DNA of 64,000 nt from Candidatus Woesearchaeota archaeon. GTDB lineage: Archaea; Nanobdellota; Nanobdellia; Woesearchaeales; WJIZ01. How positions within the stretch are numbered: position 1 is the stretch's first letter; each line of letters begins with the position of its first letter. The DNA is taken from assembly GCA_018303125.1 (NCBI GenBank), contig JAGVYS010000003.1:637-64636 (forward strand), given 5' to 3'. The notes beneath the pieces are model-generated. The model saw nothing but the letters and a program-made list of their open reading frames with translations. It did no database searches and had not been told where the DNA came from. Made by a program: the position numbers and the translations under genes. Positions 49,575 through 59,364 of this stretch are shown here, piece after piece.

Positions 49575-49657
49575 GCAGGGTAGCGGATTCGAACCGCTGA
49601 ACGCACTAAGCGACAAGGCCCTGAACCTTGCAGGTTTGACCGCTTCCTTAACCCTGC
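49575..49657 (-). tRNA. tRNA-Leu(CAG), class II
   Basis: Reverse complement: GCAGGGT TA AGG AAGCGGTCAAA CCT G CAAGG TTCAGGG CCTTG, long variable arm, then AGCGG TTCGAAT CCGCT ACCCTGC. Confidence 0.75.
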
Positions 49658-49698
49658 GTTGCGCTTTTTTCATTTCCACATTAAACTATGAAGGGAAT

Positions 49699-49794
49699 GC
49701 GAGGGGAGGGATTTGAACCCACGGACCCACTAAGGGACAGGATTTCCTGATTTACTTAAGTCCTGCGCGTTTGGCCAGGCTTCGCTACCCTCGC
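49699..49794 (-). tRNA. tRNA-Leu(UAA)-like, class II, with a ~11-12 nt anticodon-loop intron
   Basis: Reverse complement: GCGAGGG TA GCG AAGCCTGGCCAAA CGC G CAGGA CTTAAG[TAAATCAGGAA]A TCCTG, long variable arm, then GTGGG TTCAAAT CCCTC CCCTCGC. There is one U-U mismatch in the T-stem. Confidence 0.6.
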
Positions 49795-49960
49795 GCAAAG
49801 GCAAAAAAGCCATAGGCAGTTTATATATTTTCTTAGGCAGGTTTTGCGTGAATATGCAAAATATGCAATGGAGGTTGTGCTCATAATACCAGATTTAGAC
49901 AAAAAAACTTTATAAAATAGAGGGCATTTCATTCGGATAAACCAATACGGGGCAAGAAAG

Positions 49961-50452
49961 ATGGATTACGCAAGAATAGTTGTTGCTCAGATGAACATAG
50001 CAGATATTAACCCAATCGTGCAGGCGGCAACAAACCCAAATGTTTTTTATACTCGCAGCCCGCTAGCGGCTTTAGGCTATGTTAGGGATAGGGAAGTAGA
50101 TGTTGCTGTTGTCGGGCAGGTTTTTTCACGCTTAAACCATGATGATCCTTATTGGGTAAGTGATGGGACAAAGCTGGCCAAAAATATGGAAGAGGTTAGC
50201 CCAAACCTTGTTGTGGCAAGATATAGCTTTGTGCCAGATGAAGGTGACTCATGTGTTTTTCACGCAGATATTCCAAAAAGAAACGCAGATATTGATAAGG
50301 TAGTGGAATTTATAGATTTTGATGGACTTGCCAGTCTATTGAAGGGTAGAGATACTGAAGAAATAATGAGAAGATTCCCGGCATTTACATGGCATAAAAT
50401 GAATTTTAACAGAAATGCTCTTCATTATCAACGAGAATTTTCACTGAGCTGA
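49961..50452 (+). CDS. hypothetical protein (possible degenerate receiver-like fold, related to 62128 and 62672)
   Basis: 163-aa ORF; VAVVGQVFSRLNHDD and NLVVARYSFVPDEGD echo the VYVIDANLGRPGEVD and VVVIPISGNPDL blocks of the proteins at 62128..62577 and 62672..63127. Confidence 0.4.
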   Translation: MDYARIVVAQMNIADINPIVQAATNPNVFYTRSPLAALGYVRDREVDVAVVGQVFSRLNHDDPYWVSDGTKLAKNMEEVSPNLVVARYSFVPDEGDSCVFHADIPKRNADIDKVVEFIDFDGLASLLKGRDTEEIMRRFPAFTWHKMNFNRNALHYQREFSLS

Positions 50453-50511
50453 AATCCTTTTAATTTTGTTGCCCACACCGATAATGATACACTCGGCAGA
50501 ATGAAATAAAA

Positions 50512-51012
50512 TCATACCTTGTATCTTTTGCAATAGCTGTAGAGCTTGTTATACAATTTGTAAGATGCCGCAGAAACTATGCCATCGTATCTGCTCATCC
50601 AGTATCTCCAGACGAGCTTGTCCCACAATGTCCTGACAAATATGTACCATGCCTTCTGCTCCCACCTGTGCTCAAGGTCGGTTTCAAGGAAGCCATCAAT
50701 TATGACGAGGATGTGTCCCTTCTGCATGTTTCTTCTTGAATCGCCCCTCTCAAGCGTGAAATCGATCACGTCCTTCATCAGCGCCCTTATCCTGATGACT
50801 GACCTGGAGTCTTCTGTTATGTCCTTCCATAGCTCGAATATGTAGTCAATCTTCTTTCCATCCTGCTCTACATGCTGGAGCTTTTTTTTCGTATCCCTTT
50901 CATAGCCGTTTTCTTTTGTCCAGTCTGCAATCTCCTTGAAGAACTCTTCAATGTCAAACATGCCAGTGTAATTGAATCTAAGGGCATCGATGACTAATTT
51001 TTTCTCTACCAT
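50512..51012 (-). CDS. tandem paralog 4 of an uncharacterised aromatic/basic-rich small-protein family
   Basis: 166 aa; shares ...ILVIIDGFLETDLEHRW... with the paralog at 51014. Confidence 0.55.
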   Translation of the reverse strand: MVEKKLVIDALRFNYTGMFDIEEFFKEIADWTKENGYERDTKKKLQHVEQDGKKIDYIFELWKDITEDSRSVIRIRALMKDVIDFTLERGDSRRNMQKGHILVIIDGFLETDLEHRWEQKAWYIFVRTLWDKLVWRYWMSRYDGIVSAASYKLYNKLYSYCKRYKV

Positions 51013-51013
51013 C

Positions 51014-51544
51014 TTAGAAGTAAGGCGCCTCCTTTACAGGCACATAGCTCTTGTACATGTTGAAAAATGTCTCGAAGTGGGTATACAGCCCATTGCAATC
51101 ATCCACTATGACTTTCTCGAAGAATTTTGTGTACCTTTTGTATATGAACTTCGCATACAGCGTCCTTATGAATATAAGCATGGGAGCATTGCCCCACCTA
51201 TGCTCATAGTCAGTTTCCATGAATCCGTCGATGTATATTATTATCTTTGCATGGTCCATTGTTTTCTTCCTGCCATCGACAACAATATCGACCTTCTTCA
51301 GGTCATAAATGAGTATCCTTATCTTCATGTATTTCCTCATGAAGTCAGATAGCTTGTACCATGGCCAATATACATACTCTATGCATTTGCCGTGGCTTGT
51401 GTGCTGCTCGGATATGTAATCCGCACCTTTTTCGAAAGGGTTCTCCTTGAACCACCTGGTGAACATCCTGAACATCTCCCTTGTGCTGAATATTCCCTTG
51501 TACTCAAGCTTCATGTGGTCCACAACAAGCCTTACCTCTCCCAT
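51014..51544 (-). CDS. tandem paralog 3 of the same family
   Basis: 176 aa; ...IIIYIDGFMETDYEHRW..., N-terminal LEYKGIFSTREMFRMFTRWFKENPF; 1-nt spacing to its neighbours. Confidence 0.55.
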   Translation of the reverse strand: MGEVRLVVDHMKLEYKGIFSTREMFRMFTRWFKENPFEKGADYISEQHTSHGKCIEYVYWPWYKLSDFMRKYMKIRILIYDLKKVDIVVDGRKKTMDHAKIIIYIDGFMETDYEHRWGNAPMLIFIRTLYAKFIYKRYTKFFEKVIVDDCNGLYTHFETFFNMYKSYVPVKEAPYF

Positions 51545-52140
51545 TAGTTGTGGACCCCCATCCAGTTCTTCATTTCGTATTCGTCATACTCCATCTTGAG
51601 CCTTCTTCTTGTCAGCCATACTGCTTTCTGCACTTCCCTATACATCATAACATCCCATGTGTGCCATCCATGTTTTTTCCTCACGACGAAATTGTTCAGG
51701 AACATCCTCATGCTTGCAAGTGTCCTGTTTGAGGACCATCTCCTGCTGCTGCCTTCATGGCTGTGTTCGTCATCAAAGTACATGTCAATGTAGCTCCCGA
51801 ACTCTATCCATATCCTCCCTTTGGTGTAAATTTTCATGTTTCCGTTCGGCAGCCTCACTTCAATGTCATGCGCGTCATATGTGTGTATGTATATATCTAT
51901 ATGGAAATGGTGCATCTCGTCTATCATTCTTTCAGCATGCCATATGTATTGCCTCTCAACGCCGAATGGCGATGGTGCCTTGTGCTTGTATATCTTCTCA
52001 TGGAATTTGTACTTTCTGTCCCTGAAATAGCTTATGAGGAACTCATACAGGTCCTGCATGTCCCACACACCCTTAAACCTTATATGAGGCTTAGGGTGAG
52101 CCATATTTTGTGTAGATTCCCAGTATTCAAGCTTTCTCAT
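51544..52140 (-). CDS. tandem paralog 2 of the same family
   Basis: 198 aa; IRFKGVWDMQDLYEF...KYKFHEKIYKHKAPSPFGVERQYIW...YIHTYDAHDIEV; long stretches of near-identical DNA shared with paralog 1. Confidence 0.6.
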   Translation of the reverse strand: MRKLEYWESTQNMAHPKPHIRFKGVWDMQDLYEFLISYFRDRKYKFHEKIYKHKAPSPFGVERQYIWHAERMIDEMHHFHIDIYIHTYDAHDIEVRLPNGNMKIYTKGRIWIEFGSYIDMYFDDEHSHEGSSRRWSSNRTLASMRMFLNNFVVRKKHGWHTWDVMMYREVQKAVWLTRRRLKMEYDEYEMKNWMGVHN

Positions 52141-52712
52141 GCTCTAATATGCACTCCCTGCTGGTATGCATCCTCGAAATCCCTTCTCTCGGATTTTAGC
52201 GTTCTAAGCATAACCTGGTAAAGCCCTGACTGCTCTGTCCTGAATCTCCTGTGAAATCCCCCCTCTAGAAGTCTCCTCCTGTAAATGTAGTTCATGTAAA
52301 ATGCCTTCAGCTGCCCGAAGAAAGAGTTCCTGTCAAAATCCTTCTTTGGGTCCCAGGAGCTCGTGAGCCTTATGACAACCCAGATCTTTCCCTTGGTAAG
52401 GGTCTTTTTCTCTCCATTATTGTCATGCACATCTATGTCATGCGCGTCATATGTGTGTATGTATATGTTGAATGTTACCTCCATCCAATCATCAATCAGT
52501 TGCTCGGCCTCCCATATGTACTGCCTCTCAACGCCGAATGGCGATGGTGCCTTGTGCTTGTATATCTTTTCATGGAATTTGTACTTTCTGTCCCTTAGGT
52601 AGTTTATTGCTGCATCATACAACTCCTGCATATCCCACACGCCCTTGAACCTTATGTGCAAGTCTCCTGGCAGAGGCATTCCTTTCTGGGGTATATCCTT
52701 GTATCTAGCCAT
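52137..52712 (-). CDS. tandem paralog 1 of the same family
   Basis: 191 aa; IRFKGVWDMQELYDAAINYLRDRKYKFHEKIYKHKAPSPFGVERQYIW...YIHTYDAHDIDV; 4-nt overlap with paralog 2. Confidence 0.6.
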   Translation of the reverse strand: MARYKDIPQKGMPLPGDLHIRFKGVWDMQELYDAAINYLRDRKYKFHEKIYKHKAPSPFGVERQYIWEAEQLIDDWMEVTFNIYIHTYDAHDIDVHDNNGEKKTLTKGKIWVVIRLTSSWDPKKDFDRNSFFGQLKAFYMNYIYRRRLLEGGFHRRFRTEQSGLYQVMLRTLKSERRDFEDAYQQGVHIRA

Positions 52713-52787
52713 GGCTTCAAATGCGTTATCTTTCTATATAAAACTTTCTTTTTTATATATTAGTATACAAAAAAGGGAATTAGCAAA

Positions 52788-54626
52788 TCAGTATCTAAGA
52801 AGTATCTCCACGTTCTTCCCGAACAATTCCCTTAAATTCTCGAATATGGCTTCCTTTATAAGGACGTTTTCAGGTATGCTTACCTTGGAAAGCGCCTTCT
52901 CATATTCCTCAAGCGAGCTCTTCTCTATGCTCTCCAGGCCTCCATTATCATTGAGCCTTCCCTTTGAGATGTCCTTCTCTTGGCCATCTATGTCATGGAT
53001 TATGAATGCGTTCTTGCCTGCAAGGAGCACCTCTCCATACTTGTTCCCGTATTTGAACCTTATCTTAGCCTTCTCTATCTCCCTTCCCCTTTTCCTCTGT
53101 ATATATTCGACAAGGAATTTCACGAGGTTATGCGAGTCCTTCTTGGCATTCTCAACTTCCTGCTTTGTCAGCTTGTTAGCCTCATAATCCTTTCTTGCTT
53201 TTATTATGCAGTTGAGAATCCTTAGGTATTTGGCAGGCACAAGTCCCTTGGATATAAGCTCGTCTTCGAAAACAGTAACTATTTCTGAGTCAGCAGCTTT
53301 TGATATGCCTTCTATCCTTAGCACATCCCTTATGGCAGTTATGGAATTTTCATATACCTGCACAACATCTTCCTTCTCCTTAATCTTCTCGATTTCCGAG
53401 AATAATCTCTTAATCCTCTTGAGGTACTTGTCAGCATCCTCAAGCAGCTGGTCGACTTCCTTGCCAGATAACTCCTTCTTAGTGCCATGCTCTATGTCTT
53501 TTCTTACATTTATGTTCCTATCAAGTATCTCTACATATTTGCTTTCAAGGAGCTTCTCCTTCTTTACGAATATATCCCTCATAAGCTCCGCTGTTTCACG
53601 CGGCGCAGGAGGTGGCACACCATACATCATAAGGGCAGCCTGCGATGGCGTCAGGATGGCATAATATATGTCCTCCATCCCTATGTTCTTGAGTGAATAC
53701 CTTACGCGCTGGAGCATCTGCTCTCCGGAGTTCATGAACATGTCTATTGCCTCTGTGCTTGGCTTTATCTTGCCCATCCTTAGCAGCTGCTTCCAGGGCA
53801 TGAACATTCCCCTGTCATAGAACGGTACTCCGTCTCTTAGCAGGGTGAATATTATCGGGTTTGCCTCTTTCAGGCTGTCCCAGAAATCAGTCAGTATGTA
53901 GACTTGGATGTTGAGCTTGTTTTTTATTCCTGTGGCCTCTCCTGCCTCTATGCCCATTCCTATTATGATTGCCCTTAGCTTGTCCTTCAGCTCTGCTCGG
54001 GACATTTTCTTTACGTCAGTATCATCTATTACAATCCATACATCTATGTCAGATGACTTTGTTGCCCTTCCCTGGACAAGGGAGCCGGCAAGGACATAGC
54101 TCACTATATACTTCTCGAACTTCTTGAGCACCATTGTTTTGTGCACTTCAGCTATCTTTATGGCCTGCAGCATTCCGTTGTCATGGACAGGCGCGCTTAC
54201 AGAAATAAGCTGGAGCAGGTCATACTTTGCGTCATAGCAGTTCTGCCACAACTCAGACAGGATTATAGTATCCGCTACCAGGTTTTTGTCTATCTCCTTG
54301 GCTATGCTGCCCATTATTGTATGCAGCTTTGTTCCGAGCTCATACTTGGTCATCTTCTTTGAGTCAGAATCATCAACAAGCACGAGGATAGATATGGCAT
54401 CCTTGTTCTGCTCCTCGCCCTCCTTTGGCTTTGGGGGAGGTAGAAGCGTTATTCCCATTACATACTTGTCAAATTTCTCAAGAACTTTTTCCTTGAACTT
54501 CTCAAGCTTCGACTTTATCTCCTTGAGCTTTTCCTCAGCCTCTTTAGGCAGGTTTGCAGGAAAGCTGGGCATCTGTACGTCTTTCAGCTCGCTCTCGAAA
54601 TCCTTGCCGCTTTTCTTCTTTGACAT
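52788..54626 (-). CDS. large nucleotidyltransferase-domain protein (Pol-beta/minimal nucleotidyltransferase superfamily), coiled-coil N-terminus
   Basis: 612 aa. A clean nucleotidyltransferase motif VLAGSLVQGRATKSSDIDVWIVIDDTD, plus an upstream degenerate nucleotidyltransferase-like segment (ISILVLVDDSD). First gene upstream of the four-paralog array on the same strand. Confidence 0.6.
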   Translation of the reverse strand: MSKKKSGKDFESELKDVQMPSFPANLPKEAEEKLKEIKSKLEKFKEKVLEKFDKYVMGITLLPPPKPKEGEEQNKDAISILVLVDDSDSKKMTKYELGTKLHTIMGSIAKEIDKNLVADTIILSELWQNCYDAKYDLLQLISVSAPVHDNGMLQAIKIAEVHKTMVLKKFEKYIVSYVLAGSLVQGRATKSSDIDVWIVIDDTDVKKMSRAELKDKLRAIIIGMGIEAGEATGIKNKLNIQVYILTDFWDSLKEANPIIFTLLRDGVPFYDRGMFMPWKQLLRMGKIKPSTEAIDMFMNSGEQMLQRVRYSLKNIGMEDIYYAILTPSQAALMMYGVPPPAPRETAELMRDIFVKKEKLLESKYVEILDRNINVRKDIEHGTKKELSGKEVDQLLEDADKYLKRIKRLFSEIEKIKEKEDVVQVYENSITAIRDVLRIEGISKAADSEIVTVFEDELISKGLVPAKYLRILNCIIKARKDYEANKLTKQEVENAKKDSHNLVKFLVEYIQRKRGREIEKAKIRFKYGNKYGEVLLAGKNAFIIHDIDGQEKDISKGRLNDNGGLESIEKSSLEEYEKALSKVSIPENVLIKEAIFENLRELFGKNVEILLRY

Positions 54627-54669
54627 TCAACCACAAATTCACAGGCATATTTAAAAATATTGCGCCATG

Positions 54670-55740
54670 CTAGCATGGCACTATATCATCCCTTCTTACA
54701 ATCTCGCTTACCTTCCTGCCAAGGGCAGCAGAAGCTTCCTTGCTCTTCAGCCCTTTTACCTTTCTCATCTCGGAAGCGCTTAGCAGCGATATGCCCTTCG
54801 CGAAGCTTCCTATCTTTACAACATCGCCCTGAGAAAAATTTCCCTCAACATTTACTACGCCGACAGGCAGAAGGCTTGACTTGCCGTCCTTCATTATCTC
54901 AATTGCGCATTCATTTATGGATATTTTTCCCTTTGGCTTGGCCGCTAGTATCCACCTTTTTCTAGCGTTAAGCTTTTCAGACGGGAGAAATATTGTTCCT
55001 GGGTTTTCCCCTTCTATAATCCTGCTTATTACCTTCTTTTCCCTTCCTTCAGCTATCGCCATAGTGCTGCCTGATTTCATGACTATTGATGCAGCTCTTA
55101 TCTTTGACTTCATCCCGCCAACGGAGAAAAATGAGCCGGCCTTACCTGCATAGCTCTCTATCTCATTGTCAATCTTGCTGACAACCTTTATCTTTCTAGC
55201 ATCCGAGTTCTTCTTTGGGTTGTCATCGTAAAGGCCGTCTATGTCGCTTAGTATTATCAGCAAATCCGCGTCAATCTTTGTGCTTACCAGCGCAGACATT
55301 ACATCATTGTCGCCGAAAGCAGTACCGATTTCATCTATGCTTACAACATCATTCTCATTTATTATTGGCACTACCTTATTTTTCAGGAGCATCTCCATGC
55401 AGTTCTTCAGGTTAAGGTAGGACTTCCTGTTGGAAAGTACGTCATAAGTAAGGAGTATCTGCGCAATGTCAATGCCCTGCACGCTGAAGGCTTTCTCATA
55501 TTCCTTCATGAGTATTATCTGCCCGATTGCGGCAAGGGATTGCCTTTTTACTATGCCCCTTGTGTCCTTTATTCCGCTCTTCATTGCACCGAATCCTATC
55601 GCCCCGGAACTTACAATGACTATCTCTTTTCCATTCCTTACTAATCCAGCGACTTCTTCTGATATCCCTTTTATGTACTCTGTATCTATCTTGCCTGATT
55701 TTGTCAGGGTGCTTGTGCCTATCTTAACAACTACTCTCAT
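54670..55740 (-). CDS. proB: glutamate 5-kinase with a C-terminal PUA domain
   Basis: MRVVVKIGTSTLT... amino-acid kinase fold plus PUA; 356 aa. Confidence 0.9.
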   Translation of the reverse strand: MRVVVKIGTSTLTKSGKIDTEYIKGISEEVAGLVRNGKEIVIVSSGAIGFGAMKSGIKDTRGIVKRQSLAAIGQIILMKEYEKAFSVQGIDIAQILLTYDVLSNRKSYLNLKNCMEMLLKNKVVPIINENDVVSIDEIGTAFGDNDVMSALVSTKIDADLLIILSDIDGLYDDNPKKNSDARKIKVVSKIDNEIESYAGKAGSFFSVGGMKSKIRAASIVMKSGSTMAIAEGREKKVISRIIEGENPGTIFLPSEKLNARKRWILAAKPKGKISINECAIEIMKDGKSSLLPVGVVNVEGNFSQGDVVKIGSFAKGISLLSASEMRKVKGLKSKEASAALGRKVSEIVRRDDIVPC

Positions 55741-57026
55741 TGTAGCGGAAATTCCCTCCTTAGCATCTTGTGGCTGTAACTCTTTCCATTGCTGAACTCA
55801 GCAACAGTGTGCCCTTTTCCGATAAGCTTCCATTTGTATGTCATCAGTCCATCAACTCCCACAGGCCCCCTTGCATGCACCTTGGATGTAGAAATACCAA
55901 GCTCAGCACCGAGCCCATATCGGTAGCCGTCGGAAAACCTGGTTGAGCAGTTCCAGAAGACATTTGCGGAATCGACCTTGCTCATGAATTTCTCTGCCTT
56001 TTCACTGCTATTCGTTATTATAGAGTCAGTGTGCCTGCTTCCGTGGATATTTATGTGTTCTATTGCCTCTTCCATATCCTGCACAGTCTTTATAGACACA
56101 ACAAGATTGTTGTACTCTGTATCCCAATCAGCATTTTTTGCATTCTCCACATCTATGAATTTTCTTGTTCCCTCATCTCCGAGAATCTTCACTCCAGCTC
56201 CTTCAAGGTCTGCCTTCAGGGCAGGCAGGAATTTTTCTGCAATTTTGCTGTGCACAAGTATCGTTTCAACAGCATTGCATGCTGCAGGATACTGGCATTT
56301 TGAGTCATGGCATATCTTCAAGGCCATGCTTACATCAGCGTCCTCATCAACATAGGCATGGCATATCCCGCTGCTGTGGCCCAGCACAGGGATGCTTGTG
56401 TTCTCCATAACATGCCTTACAAGCTCATTTGAGCCCCTCGGTACGATAAGGTCTATGTAATTATCAAGAGCAAGCATCTCATTTGCCTCTTCCCTTTTTT
56501 CCAGCAGGCTTATCCACCCAACAGGCAGGATTTTTCCACACGCATCTTTTATTATCCTGAAAAGTATGCTGTTCGTCCTTATGGCTTCTCTGCCGCCCTT
56601 AAGCAAGACAGAGTTTCCTGATTTCAGGCAGAGCGCAGCTATCTGCACTAATGCATCTGGCCTTGACTCAAATATCACTCCTATCACGCCTATAGGGCAA
56701 CTGACCTTGTAAAGTTCAAGCCCGTTGCTAAGCTCCATGGCACTGAGCGTTCTTCCGACAGGGTCAGGCATCTTTGATATATCACTTAATCCCCTGACAA
56801 GCTCCTCAATCTTCTCTTTTCCCAGGCCAAGCCTCTTCCTCATTGCATCCTGCATTCCTTTGCTGTCTGATATATCCTTCCTGTTTTCCTCTGATATCCT
56901 ATTTACTTCAGAAAGCAGCGCTTTTTCTATGCTTTTCAGTGCATGATTCCTGGCATCTCCATTTAGTGTTGCCATTAGGTAAGAAGCTTTTCTAGCATTT
57001 CTTGCCTTTTCCTCAGTTTGTGTCAT
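55737..57026 (-). CDS. proA: gamma-glutamyl phosphate reductase
   Basis: 429-aa aldehyde-dehydrogenase-family ProA pattern (...VIFESRPDALVQIA..., catalytic Cys region GLGAELGISTSKVHARGPVG). Confidence 0.9.
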   Translation of the reverse strand: MTQTEEKARNARKASYLMATLNGDARNHALKSIEKALLSEVNRISEENRKDISDSKGMQDAMRKRLGLGKEKIEELVRGLSDISKMPDPVGRTLSAMELSNGLELYKVSCPIGVIGVIFESRPDALVQIAALCLKSGNSVLLKGGREAIRTNSILFRIIKDACGKILPVGWISLLEKREEANEMLALDNYIDLIVPRGSNELVRHVMENTSIPVLGHSSGICHAYVDEDADVSMALKICHDSKCQYPAACNAVETILVHSKIAEKFLPALKADLEGAGVKILGDEGTRKFIDVENAKNADWDTEYNNLVVSIKTVQDMEEAIEHINIHGSRHTDSIITNSSEKAEKFMSKVDSANVFWNCSTRFSDGYRYGLGAELGISTSKVHARGPVGVDGLMTYKWKLIGKGHTVAEFSNGKSYSHKMLRREFPLQ

Positions 57027-57799
57027 TTTCCGAGTTCTATGCTCCTTTCTGTCGCCTTTTTTACTGTTTCTGATATAATTTTTTTTATCTCTGATTTTTC
57101 AAGGATTTTTCTTCCTGCTTCTGTTGTCCCGCCCTTGCTTGATACCCTTGCTATAAGTTCATCAGGCCTAATTCCTTGCTCTTCCAGCAGCTTAGCCGTG
57201 CCAAGGAAACTTTTCAGGGCAAGCCTGTAAGCCACTTTTTCATCCAATCCGTTTTCCCTTCCAGCTGAAGCAAAGCATTCTATCAAGTAGGCAATGAATG
57301 CAGGTCCTGAGCCTGATAGGCCAGTTACTGCATCAAGGAGATTTTCAGGCATCCTGTGCGCCTCTCCCATGGATGAGAGAATCTTTGCGACATCATTCAG
57401 CTCTTTTTCTGAAACCTGCTTATTTCCAGAATAGCCGGCAGCCATCTCTCCAACCAGACATGGCGTGTTTGGCATGACCCTTACAATCTTCTTTTTACCG
57501 ATTATCGATTCCATTCGCGATATTTTTATGCCTGCTGCTATAGAGACTAGTATCCTGTTGCCAATTTCAGGCTTTATCTCTTTAAGGACAGCCTCAATAT
57601 CAGAAGGCTTCACGCATATGAAAACCATTTCTGATTTGCTTACGACATCGCTGTTGCTTTTTGCTGCTCTTATACAGAGCCCATCAAGCTTGCCAATGTC
57701 CCTGTCAAAGGAAATGATTTCCTTATACCCTTTTGACTTGAGCGAGCCTATCATGGCCCTTCCCATGTTCCCCGTGCCTATGAAGCCTATGCATGCCAT
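57023..57799 (-). CDS. proC: pyrroline-5-carboxylate reductase
   Basis: N-terminal Rossmann IGFIGTGNMGRAM and a C-terminal P5CR dimerisation domain; 258 aa. Confidence 0.9.
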   Translation of the reverse strand: MACIGFIGTGNMGRAMIGSLKSKGYKEIISFDRDIGKLDGLCIRAAKSNSDVVSKSEMVFICVKPSDIEAVLKEIKPEIGNRILVSIAAGIKISRMESIIGKKKIVRVMPNTPCLVGEMAAGYSGNKQVSEKELNDVAKILSSMGEAHRMPENLLDAVTGLSGSGPAFIAYLIECFASAGRENGLDEKVAYRLALKSFLGTAKLLEEQGIRPDELIARVSSKGGTTEAGRKILEKSEIKKIISETVKKATERSIELGK

Positions 57800-57841
57800 A
57801 AAGCCAAACCAAAGAATTGAGATTAATAAATCTTTAGGGGA

Positions 57842-58033
57842 TTAATCATCAATATTCAGCCGGAAATTCTCATCATCAAGGCGCTTCTTCAGATTTTTCA
57901 TGTCATTGTCTATCTTGACAAGCAATGAAACATCCCCGAACTGCATTGACGCACACTCGAGGCAATAGTGCTCTGACCCGCCCTTAATGCGGAACTCCGC
58001 ATCCTCACCGCATAATGTACACTTCCTTGTCAT
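57842..58033 (-). CDS. small Zn-ribbon protein
   Basis: 63 aa with CTLCG...CLEC (CxxC-x17-CxxC). Confidence 0.45.
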   Translation of the reverse strand: MTRKCTLCGEDAEFRIKGGSEHYCLECASMQFGDVSLLVKIDNDMKNLKKRLDDENFRLNIDD

Positions 58034-58158
58034 AGTGCATTAAGAAACTGAAGAGATACCCACTCCCTTCTAAGCAATCCGCCCATGCTATCTTTTCTGT
58101 TATCTTATTATTTAAAATTTTTTATTTGCGTGTATCTAAACCCTATACTAGGGTATTT

Positions 58159-58482
58159 TCAATGCCTATTGCGCCCAAGTATAAGAATAGCTACCTGCGC
58201 CAGCAGGAAAACAATTGTGGCATACATTGTTACTTCCAGGACAGCAAACCTGGCAAGCATATTGTACTTGAATCCTGAAATCAATGGGATGGTTGCAGCA
58301 GCCAGACACACTAAGTAAATAGCAACATTCCTTGGCTCCCTCAAGTCATGGAAGCTCCTTAGCGTTATAACCCAGAAAAATGCTCCATTGACTAATGCAG
58401 CAACAAATATGTTGTAGAAAGAAAACCCAATCCAGAGGAAAAACAGGACAATGCAGATGATTGCCAGCACTATTATTAGCAT
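58159..58482 (-). CDS. small membrane protein
   Basis: 107 aa with three to four hydrophobic helices. Confidence 0.4.
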   Translation of the reverse strand: MLIIVLAIICIVLFFLWIGFSFYNIFVAALVNGAFFWVITLRSFHDLREPRNVAIYLVCLAAATIPLISGFKYNMLARFAVLEVTMYATIVFLLAQVAILILGRNRH

Positions 58483-58516
58483 AGCTTCTTTGTTTTTCTT
58501 AAGTTTAAAATCCTTT

Positions 58517-59335
58517 TCATATTCTCCACGTAAGCCTGTCGATTAATCCTGAAGGAAGAATCCTTTTCAGTACTGCTACAGCATAAGTAGGGAAGGTCAC
58601 ATAGTACCTTCTCCTCGGCTTCCTGCTCTCAATTGCCTTTATCAGTTTCCTTAGCACGGCTTCAGGTGGCAAGGTGAACGCATTAAGCGCTCCTTTCTTT
58701 TCAAGCCCTTTCTTCATCCTCTCATATGTTTCCCTGTGCACGCTATTTTTTTCATCAATATTTTTCTTGAAAGCAATATAGGCATTATGCCTCAGCTTTG
58801 TTAATATCGGGCCAGGCTCAATCAGTATGGACTTTATTCTCGTTCCCATTAGCTCTATCCTGAGTGCATCTGAGAAAGCCTCCATGGCAAACTTTGTTGC
58901 GCAGTATGCGCTCCTGTAAGGCATTGACAAGAGCCCGACAACAGAGCTGTTCCATACTATCCTTCCGCCGCCTTGCTTTCTCATAATCCTGACTGTTTTT
59001 GCAGCAAGCTCCACAGCGCCAAAGAGGTTTGTTTCGAACTGCCCAGAGATAGATTTTCTTGTCAGGTCCTCCACAGCGCCAGGCTGGACATAGCCGGCAT
59101 TGTTGAACAGGAAGTCTATCCTTCCCACTTTCATAAGAATCTCTCCAAGGGCTTTGTCTATTAACTCAGAGCTGGCAACGTCAAGCAGGAATGAATCAAA
59201 TCCCATGCCCTTAAGCATCTTAACATCTTTCTTCTTCCTCGCAGTTGCAAGGACCCTGTAACCTCTCTTTTTCAGGCCAATTGCACAATGAAGCCCTATT
59301 CCGGAAGAACATCCAGTTATTAGAATTGTTTTCAT
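58517..59335 (-). CDS. short-chain dehydrogenase/reductase (SDR)
   Basis: TGCSSGIG cofactor motif, NNAG, and the YxxxK catalytic region (YCATKFAMEAF). Confidence 0.85.
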   Translation of the reverse strand: MKTILITGCSSGIGLHCAIGLKKRGYRVLATARKKKDVKMLKGMGFDSFLLDVASSELIDKALGEILMKVGRIDFLFNNAGYVQPGAVEDLTRKSISGQFETNLFGAVELAAKTVRIMRKQGGGRIVWNSSVVGLLSMPYRSAYCATKFAMEAFSDALRIELMGTRIKSILIEPGPILTKLRHNAYIAFKKNIDEKNSVHRETYERMKKGLEKKGALNAFTLPPEAVLRKLIKAIESRKPRRRYYVTFPTYAVAVLKRILPSGLIDRLTWRI

Positions 59336-59364
59336 TTTTTTCTTTGGCTGTTATATGAAAAGAT

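Noticed and set aside
51550-52602. Plus-strand Cys-rich ORFs inside the paralog array (for example 51657..52025, 51836..52030, 52363..52602)
   Set aside because: They are antisense to the paralog genes and repeated only because the underlying DNA is duplicated.
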